5,445 nt of DNA from Ostreococcus tauri (lineage: Eukaryota), in assembly GCA_000214015.2 (NCBI GenBank), contig CAID01000015.2, positions 381,878 to 387,322 on the forward strand, given 5' to 3'. Below, piece by piece: positions 1-4,647 of the stretch (its first letter is position 1; each line of letters opens with the position of its first letter). A model generated the notes under the pieces. The model did no database searches. It was not told where the DNA came from and worked only from the letters and a program-made list of their open reading frames with translations. The position numbers and the translations under genes were made by a program.

Positions 1-1122
1 GGCGGCGATGTGGACGGGGAGGGGGGTGGGACGGTGGCGCGCGGCGGTGGGAACTTGCGCGTGCCGAGGAGCGCGTTGCGAGAGATTTTTTTAGAGATGC
101 TTCCACCGGCGACGGTGCGATGGGGGGCCAAGGTGTCGGATTACGTCGAGGGCGAAGATGGGGTCACGGTGACGCTGGAGAGCGGGGAGACGGTGGAGGG
201 GACGATTTTGGTCATCGCCGACGGCGCGCGGAGCAGCACGAGACGGGCGCCGGGAGCGGGTGACGACGTGAAATCGGGCGAGTTGCGATACCTCGGCGTC
301 GCCCTCGTCACCGGTTTCACCGATTTGGACGATTATCTTCTCAAAGGACGCGGGTTTTACACGGTGGACGGGCGATCGAGAATGTTCACGATGCCCTTCC
401 AAGCGGCGAACGAGGAGGCGGGAACGCCGCCGCGGAGCATGTGGCAGTTGAGCGTGCGCGTGAGCGAAGACGAGGCGAAAGAGCTCGCCGACGCTTCGAA
501 CGATCGCATTCGCGAGTTCGTGTTGAAGCACACGAGAGGTTGGCACGATCCCATCTCCGCGATGTTCGACTGCACCGACTGGAACGACGCGTGGGCGGGA
601 CCGCTGTACGACAGAGAGGAGCCGCCGACGAGCAAGTCCGCGGCGACGGAGAAGCCCCATCTCGCGCTGCGTAGCGCGAAATCCAGAGTGATTTGTATCG
701 GCGACGCGGCGCACCCGATGTCGCCATTCAAAGGCCAGGGCGCGAATACCGCGCTCTTCGACGCTTGGGCGCTGTCCAAGTGGTTACAAAAGGCGCCGCC
801 GCAAACCGCGCTGGCGTGTTTTCACCGCGAGATGGTCGCTCGAGCCTTTGTCAAGGTTCGCGCGAGTCGAGAGGCGTGTGAGTACTTCCACAACCCGAAT
901 ATTTTGAGCGAGCGCGTCCCGGAGTTTGCGGGCGTCGACCCGATGAAAATCACCGTCGTCCTGGACGCGCTCGCCGAGCGCGGCGTCACGGCGTCCATGC
1001 GCGCCGATATCGAGCCCGCCGTGAAAGAGATAATCGACGAACTCGATGCCGCGGAGTTAGTGAGACCGTACGCGGCGAAGAAAATCATGCAGCGTGGCAA
1101 GGAAGGAGGAGTGGAGGTGTAG
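1..1122 (+). CDS. FAD-dependent (group A flavoprotein) monooxygenase, 5'-truncated by the window edge
   Basis: Frame 1 is open from nt 1; the track ORF 10..1122 merely begins at an internal GTG. Stop TAG is at 1120-1122. The translation carries the two downstream signature motifs of aromatic-ring-hydroxylase-type FAD monooxygenases. These are the DG motif 'LVIADGARSSTRR' (Asp codon 220-222) and 'CIGDAAHPMSPFKGQGANTALFDAWAL' (Gly codon 700-702). The N-terminal GxGxxG Rossmann segment is missing, so the start lies upstream of the window. Substrate cannot be inferred. Confidence 0.85.
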   Translation, partial: GGDVDGEGGGTVARGGGNLRVPRSALREIFLEMLPPATVRWGAKVSDYVEGEDGVTVTLESGETVEGTILVIADGARSSTRRAPGAGDDVKSGELRYLGVALVTGFTDLDDYLLKGRGFYTVDGRSRMFTMPFQAANEEAGTPPRSMWQLSVRVSEDEAKELADASNDRIREFVLKHTRGWHDPISAMFDCTDWNDAWAGPLYDREEPPTSKSAATEKPHLALRSAKSRVICIGDAAHPMSPFKGQGANTALFDAWALSKWLQKAPPQTALACFHREMVARAFVKVRASREACEYFHNPNILSERVPEFAGVDPMKITVVLDALAERGVTASMRADIEPAVKEIIDELDAAELVRPYAAKKIMQRGKEGGVEV

Positions 1123-1159
1123 ACACGCCGCCGCGGTGAGTACTTGAAGTTGTTTTACA

Positions 1160-3442
1160 TTACGAGTTGTCTTGTGCTCTGATTCGGCGCTTGAGTTGTT
1201 CTAATCGCTCTTCTTCCTCTTGTCTTTCTCTCTCGTTCTCGACTTCGACGAGTCTACGAATGCGAGCAAGTTCGTCGCTAATCTCGTCATCCTGCGATTT
1301 CGCCACCCAGTTTTCCATGAGATTGTGCGCGCGGTCTCGGCGCTCACCCGAATCGCTTCCCGGTGTTGCCGCGCCAGACTTCTTCACTTCGTCAACCTCC
1401 AGTTTCGACTCCGTCACGACGTCGAGCATCGTCGCCGTCTTCTTCTGCGTTGTCTCTACCTGCTCGACGACATCGTCGACGCTTCGAGAGCGTTTCCTAT
1501 CGATGTTTAGAGACGCCGCGTTCGCGCCCTCGTCATCGATGATCAACGTTGAGTCTTCATCGCCGAGTTTCTCGGTCCGATCTAGATGATGCAACCTAGC
1601 CGTCTCAACAACGTCCACGCCCCCTACGCGAAGCTTTGCGAGCTCGCTCACGAGCGTGTCGCGCTCGCCGACTAATTCGCGAACCATGACGCGCAGGTAG
1701 TAAGCGTACCCGCACACGAAGTAAAACACCATCGCGGTCTTGGAGAAGAACCACGCCAGAGCAGGGAAGACGTCCACGATGAGACGGATGAACGAGCGTG
1801 TAGTGTAATACGTCGGCTCGTACGGCGCCTTACCCACCGATCTTCTGCATTCATTGGCGACCTCGACGGTTTTCGTCAGCGCGCGCTGCGCCGAGGTGAG
1901 TTGCGCCTGCGTCTTTGTGAGCTCATCCGTCTTGGACGTCAACTCGCGCTCAGCAGTTTCGGCCCTTGACTCCGCCGCGTCCTTCATGGCCTGAATCTTC
2001 AACGCTCGGGCTGATGTACTCTCGCAATACGCAGCGCGCGTCTGTGCCTTTTGTAGAGACTCTTGCAAAATTGCCGTCTTCATGGCGCCCTCTCCGAGCC
2101 TTTTGAAGCGGTCCTCGGCTAGTTTTTGCGCGCTCCGGGCGGCGGCAACGTCAGCTTGATATTGCGATAACTGAGCTTCGAGGTCAGCCACCTTGTGCAT
2201 GGAATCAGAAACCTTGGCCTGCGCTGAGGCAATGGCGGCGTTTTGACTTGCGTCTGGAACGCCGCCGCCGAATGTTCGACACGCCTCCAACTCTCGTCGC
2301 TGCATCGCCGACGCACGCGCGAGTAGCGTGACATTTTTCTGTGCCTCGGACAAGTGCTTGCGAACCATTTGCGTCGCCACGCTACCTTCCATCGGTGACA
2401 TGACGGAGAAACCGGTGACAACGCTGGCGAGAGCGACGGCGCCGACTACGGCGAGCGCGGCGACGACGAGAATGAGAATCGAAAAGAAAGAAGAGTGTGA
2501 CGAAGAGTTTGACGTCGACGAGACGTTATCGGCTGACGCAGCACTCGTCGTGATTTCTTTCTCTGTCGTCGTCATCGTCGCCACGTCTCGTAAAGCCTTC
2601 TTCGTGACGGTTTTCTTTTTGATGACTGGCACGGGCACCTCCTCGGGCGTTGAACCATCCTCCGCGCGGCGAACGGTGACTTTTCGCCGCTGAATCTTTA
2701 CGTGTTGTTTCGTCGTCGTTGTCGTCGATGTCGACGCTGGCTCTTCACTAGATTCTTCGTGAGTCGCAACCGTGTCGACGCGTTCCGCCTCGACGGATTC
2801 TTCCGCCGCTTGGGCCGCTAGTCGCTTGGCTTCGATTTCCTGAATCTCCTCGATGAATTCCTGAGGAACCGTGGGCATGGGTTTCGTCGACGCGTCCGCC
2901 TTGGTCCAAAGCCTTTGCTTCATGTCCGTGACGGAGATGCGCTGCCGCGGCGCTCGAGTGGGCGTCGGCGATAGCGCCGTCGCCGTCGCCGTCGACTGTT
3001 CGCTCGCCGATTTTTCCACCCTCGGCTTCTTCGGTCTGTCCTTCGCGCCCTCCATCGCGACGTCGCGCCACGCCCTCAGAAACCGCTTCGCCCTCCAGAG
3101 CAAATAATTCCGAATCACATCCCTCCTCGCGTTTCTCTGCTCGCGCACCGTCGTCTTCCACGCCCACAGCGTCCGACCCATCGCGGCGCTTTTCAATTTC
3201 TCCGCGCACCGTTCGCCCAACATCTCTCGCCGCTTATTCTGAAACTTCGTCGCCCGACTCCACGCCACGAGCGCCCGAGCCGTGAGTCGCTTCGTTCGAT
3301 CGTCGTACAACTCGATCGCGCGCGCGTCGATCGCGCGGCGTCGCGCCGTCACCCGGACCCACCCGCTCCACGCCAGGCGCGCGACGGTCGCCGCCGCGAA
3401 CCCCTCGCGCGCGGCGTCCACGCGCGCGTCCGCCCCTCCCAT
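1160..3442 (-). CDS. Hypothetical 760-aa membrane-anchored coiled-coil protein with N-terminal Sfi1-like Trp repeats (orphan, no family confidently recognised)
   Basis: Uninterrupted 2283-nt ORF, ATG at 3440-3442 and TAA at 1160-1162. Composition is protein-like and non-repetitive over most of its length. Overlapping + strand ORFs (1167..1589, 2328..2693 and others) are Ser/Cys/Arg-rich antisense shadows. Domain layout read from the translation is as follows. Residues ~18-130 are W/R-rich ~33-aa repeats and residues ~145-318 are a Ser/Thr/Glu-rich linker. Residues 319-347 are a hydrophobic helix 'FFSILILVVAALAVVGAVALASVVTGFSV' (nt 2402-2488). Residues ~355-530 are Ala/Gln/Lys/Glu heptad-like coiled coil and residues 551-587 are a second hydrophobic segment (nt 1682-1792). 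The C-terminus is the acidic tail '...ERERQEEEERLEQLKRRIRAQDNS'. Confidence 0.8.
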   Translation of the reverse strand: MGGADARVDAAREGFAAATVARLAWSGWVRVTARRRAIDARAIELYDDRTKRLTARALVAWSRATKFQNKRREMLGERCAEKLKSAAMGRTLWAWKTTVREQRNARRDVIRNYLLWRAKRFLRAWRDVAMEGAKDRPKKPRVEKSASEQSTATATALSPTPTRAPRQRISVTDMKQRLWTKADASTKPMPTVPQEFIEEIQEIEAKRLAAQAAEESVEAERVDTVATHEESSEEPASTSTTTTTKQHVKIQRRKVTVRRAEDGSTPEEVPVPVIKKKTVTKKALRDVATMTTTEKEITTSAASADNVSSTSNSSSHSSFFSILILVVAALAVVGAVALASVVTGFSVMSPMEGSVATQMVRKHLSEAQKNVTLLARASAMQRRELEACRTFGGGVPDASQNAAIASAQAKVSDSMHKVADLEAQLSQYQADVAAARSAQKLAEDRFKRLGEGAMKTAILQESLQKAQTRAAYCESTSARALKIQAMKDAAESRAETAERELTSKTDELTKTQAQLTSAQRALTKTVEVANECRRSVGKAPYEPTYYTTRSFIRLIVDVFPALAWFFSKTAMVFYFVCGYAYYLRVMVRELVGERDTLVSELAKLRVGGVDVVETARLHHLDRTEKLGDEDSTLIIDDEGANAASLNIDRKRSRSVDDVVEQVETTQKKTATMLDVVTESKLEVDEVKKSGAATPGSDSGERRDRAHNLMENWVAKSQDDEISDELARIRRLVEVENERERQEEEERLEQLKRRIRAQDNS

Positions 3443-3747
3443 CGTTCACCACCAGCCGTCCACGGACGTTCGCGTCGCTTTCGAGCCGTCGCGCGCGTCG
3501 TCGTCGTCGACGCGTCGCCGATCACGGTCGCGCGCGGTGAATGAATGAATTCGATCCGTCGGTCGCGATCGATTCGTTCCCCCGCCGTGCGACGCCCGCG
3601 CGTCGCGATCGATGCCGCGACCGACCCCCCGGACCGGGACGCGCGGTCGGACGACGACGACGTCGCGCGCGCGCGCTGTCACGCGCGCGTTGGACGCGTC
3701 GACGCGACGATCGCCGCGCGAAGGTGTTGCGACGCGCGCGTGCGGGG

Positions 3748-3820
3748 TGACACACATATAAATATGTTCTCGGACACACGGTACGTATAGAATGAGGATT
3801 CGACGTATATACGTCACACA
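3748..3820. promoter_or_regulatory. AT-rich island with TATA-like motifs inside a CpG-rich spacer; candidate core promoter, most plausibly for the 760-aa gene
   Basis: This is the only AT-rich patch between 3443 and 4043: gtgacacacatataaatatgttctcggacacacggtacgtatagaatgaggattcgacgtatatacgtcacaca. It contains tataaata at 3757-3764 (TATTTATA on the minus strand). It also holds a perfect 14-bp palindrome GACGTATATACGTC at 3802-3815 and three ACACAC words. GTGAC..ATATA on the left and TATAT..GTCAC on the right form an imperfect inverted pair. Orientation and function are not determinable from sequence. Confidence 0.3.
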
Positions 3821-4043
3821 TTGAGCGATGGCACGACGTCGACGGCAACGCGCGCGCGACGACGGTCGCGTACGCGCGCGAGGGTCGGGCGAACGCGCGC
3901 GAAAACGATCGCGGGCGCGTCCCGCGTCGTCGCCCACCGGCGCGTCGTCGCCCGCCGCGTCGACGGACCGCGAGGGCGCCTCGTCTCGCACGAAGTCGGA
4001 GATTTGACTCGTTGAGCACATCACGAAGCACATCACTTCAGTC

Positions 4044-4051
4044 AAAAAAAA
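4044..4051 (-). terminator. RNA polymerase III oligo-T terminator (T8) of the tRNA gene
   Basis: The + strand reads aaaaaaaa at 4044-4051, giving TTTTTTTT on the minus strand directly after discriminator base A (4052). Runs of four or more T are the established Pol III termination signal. Confidence 0.75.
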
Positions 4052-4180
4052 TGCTCGCTACGCGGTTCGAACGCGTGACCTTACCCTCTTCCGTCGTCGC
4101 CGTGGCGCGAGGTTCGTCGTCGGTCGACCGACGACATTCGTGTACGAAGGGCACGCTACTACCAACTGAGCTAAGCAAGC
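4052..4180 (-). tRNA. trnT(CGU): Nuclear tRNA-Thr (anticodon CGU) gene with a 55-nt intron at the canonical 37/38 position
   Basis: Minus-strand read 4180->4052: GCTTGCT TA GCTC AGTTGGTA G(T)AGC G TGCCC TTCGTA [intron] A GGGTA AGGTC ACGCG TTCGAAC CGCGT AGCGAGC A. Folded by hand, the acceptor stem is 7 bp (one T-G wobble), the anticodon stem 5 bp (one G-T wobble) and the T stem a perfect 5 bp. The T loop is TTCGAAC, with U33 and A37 present. The anticodon CGT lies at 4144-4146 (+ strand acg). G1-C72, C2-G71 and discriminator A73 are present. A-box TAGCTCAGTTGG is at 4162-4173 and B-box GCGTTCGAACC at 4064-4074. The gene is followed immediately by T8. One extra T in the 3' half of the D stem is atypical. 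Confidence 0.85.
4088..4142 (-). other. tRNA intron (55 nt) containing a perfect 20-nt palindrome
   Basis: The sequence between A37 and A38 of the hand-folded tRNA is CACGAATGTCGTCGGTCGACCGACGACGAACCTCGCGCCACGGCGACGACGGAAG. Its 5' end (ACGAA) is complementary to the anticodon-loop TTCGT, as is usual for anticodon-intron pairing. Positions 4116-4135 form GTCGTCGGTCGACCGACGAC, which is self-complementary. Exact splice junctions are inferred from the requirement for a 7-nt anticodon loop. Confidence 0.7.
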
Positions 4181-4197
4181 TTACAGTACGACATCGG

Positions 4198-4205
4198 TAA
4201 ATTTT
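4198..4205 (-). promoter_or_regulatory. AT-rich (TATA-like) element about 18-25 nt upstream of the tRNA 5' end
   Basis: The minus strand reads AAAATTTA within otherwise GC-rich flank (GGGCGAAAATTTACCGATGTCGTACTGTAA|GCTTGCT). Plant-type nuclear tRNA genes often carry upstream TATA-like elements. Function here is not demonstrated. Confidence 0.3.
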
Positions 4206-4267
4206 CGCCCACCGACCAGCCACGTCGTGGTGTCGCAAAACTTACGGGTACATGCGCGCCGCGTCCA

Positions 4268-4295
4268 CGCCCGCGCGCGATCGCCCGCGCGCGAT
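4268..4295. repeat. Perfect tandem duplication of a 14-bp CG-rich unit (CGCCCGCGCGCGAT x2), with a third near-copy at 4312-4324
   Basis: Direct reading shows 4268-4281 is identical to 4282-4295. Positions 4312-4324 read CGCCGCGCGCGAT, which is the unit with one C fewer. Copies 1 and 3 are each preceded by GCGTCC (4261-4266 and 4301-4306). The repeat lies in the non-coding stretch between the tRNA and the candidate small ORF. Confidence 0.9.
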
Positions 4296-4385
4296 GGTCC
4301 GCGTCCGTCGACGCCGCGCGCGATCGTTCTCGTCACGCGACGGCCGTCCCACCGCCCCCGCGCGCGCCCGCGCCCGGAGACGCGC

Positions 4386-4580
4386 TCACGCGCGCCCTGG
4401 ACGGAGCGCGGCGACGACGTCCGCGGCGGATGGTGGATTCCGCGCGCGCGTCGACGCGCGCGCGAACGCGTCTCTGGGGACGACGAGCGGGAGCGCCATC
4501 CCGAGGGCGCCGAGGAAGAGGCTCCACATCACCACCGGCTCGCGGTGCATCGCGACGTGGAACCACGACGGCGGGGGCAT
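4386..4580 (-). CDS. Candidate small single-pass membrane protein (64 aa), possibly complex I B9/NDUFA3-like; tentative
   Basis: This is the 3'-terminal 64 codons of the 4386..5333 minus ORF, the only part not antisense to the FF gene. Sequence: MPPPSWFHVAMHREPVVMWSLFLGALGMALPLVVPRDAFARASTRARNPPSAADVVAALRPGRA*. ATG is the complement of cat at 4578-4580, an alternative ATG lies at 4548-4550, and the stop TGA at 4386-4388. By my count 58 of 64 codons end in G/C, while second positions are T-rich across the hydrophobic helix, which is a coding-like pattern. 'REPVVMWSLFLGALGMALPLVVP' resembles, from memory, human NDUFA3 '[23 protein letters not shown]'. Two points count against it: only 67 bp separate it from the FF start codon, and its C-terminal tail is encoded by a CG palindrome. 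Confidence 0.3.
   Translation of the reverse strand: MPPPSWFHVAMHREPVVMWSLFLGALGMALPLVVPRDAFARASTRARNPPSAADVVAALRPGRA
4441..4464. repeat. Perfect 24-bp palindrome (CG)5-TCGA-(CG)5
   Basis: cgcgcgcgcgtcgacgcgcgcgcg equals its own reverse complement, checked by hand. The flanking bases 4440 and 4465 do not extend it. It consists of alternating purine-pyrimidine tracts around a GTCGAC core. Confidence 0.9.
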
Positions 4581-4647
4581 CGGAGATGGTTGACGCGCGC
4601 GTCGAGGTCTGCGGCGCGACACTCGTCGCCGCGCGAGGGGGGCGACG

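Noticed and set aside
91-1100. Minus-strand ORFs 91..714, 357..779, 386..727 and 822..1100, and + ORFs 441..674 and 693..881, inside the monooxygenase gene
   Set aside because: They are antisense or out-of-frame shadows of a CDS with diagnostic FAD-monooxygenase motifs, and their translations are Arg/Ser-rich without motifs.
1135-1142. Near-consensus 5' splice donor GGTGAGTA just after the monooxygenase stop codon
   Set aside because: It lies downstream of an in-frame TAG that ends a full-length C-terminal region, and no downstream + strand exon is evident. It is most likely a chance match in the 37-bp spacer.
1167-3548. + strand and out-of-frame ORFs overlapping the 760-aa gene (1167..1589, 1220..1510, 2328..2693, 2871..3107, 3282..3548, 1672..1854, 2119..2421, 2748..3209, 3234..3452)
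   Set aside because: They are Ser/Cys/Arg-rich shadows. The 760-aa frame is far longer and has coherent TM, coiled-coil and repeat organisation.
3537-3560. tgaatgaatgaattcgatcc, checked as a possible snoRNA C-box (TGATGA-like) or tRNA T-loop (TTCGATCC)
   Set aside because: It does not match RUGAUGA. No D box or terminal stem lies at an appropriate distance, and no 5-bp stems flank the TTCGATC segment. It is better described as a (TGAA)3 microrepeat.
3446-4045. Minus-strand ORFs of 199 aa and 169 aa, and + ORFs 3541..3750, 3545..3790 and 3821..4015, in the spacer
   Set aside because: They are extremely Arg-rich with repetitive RRRR/ARAR strings. They mutually overlap in several frames, and they span the AT-rich island without any domain-like segment. 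This is typical of spurious ORFs in CpG-rich non-coding DNA.
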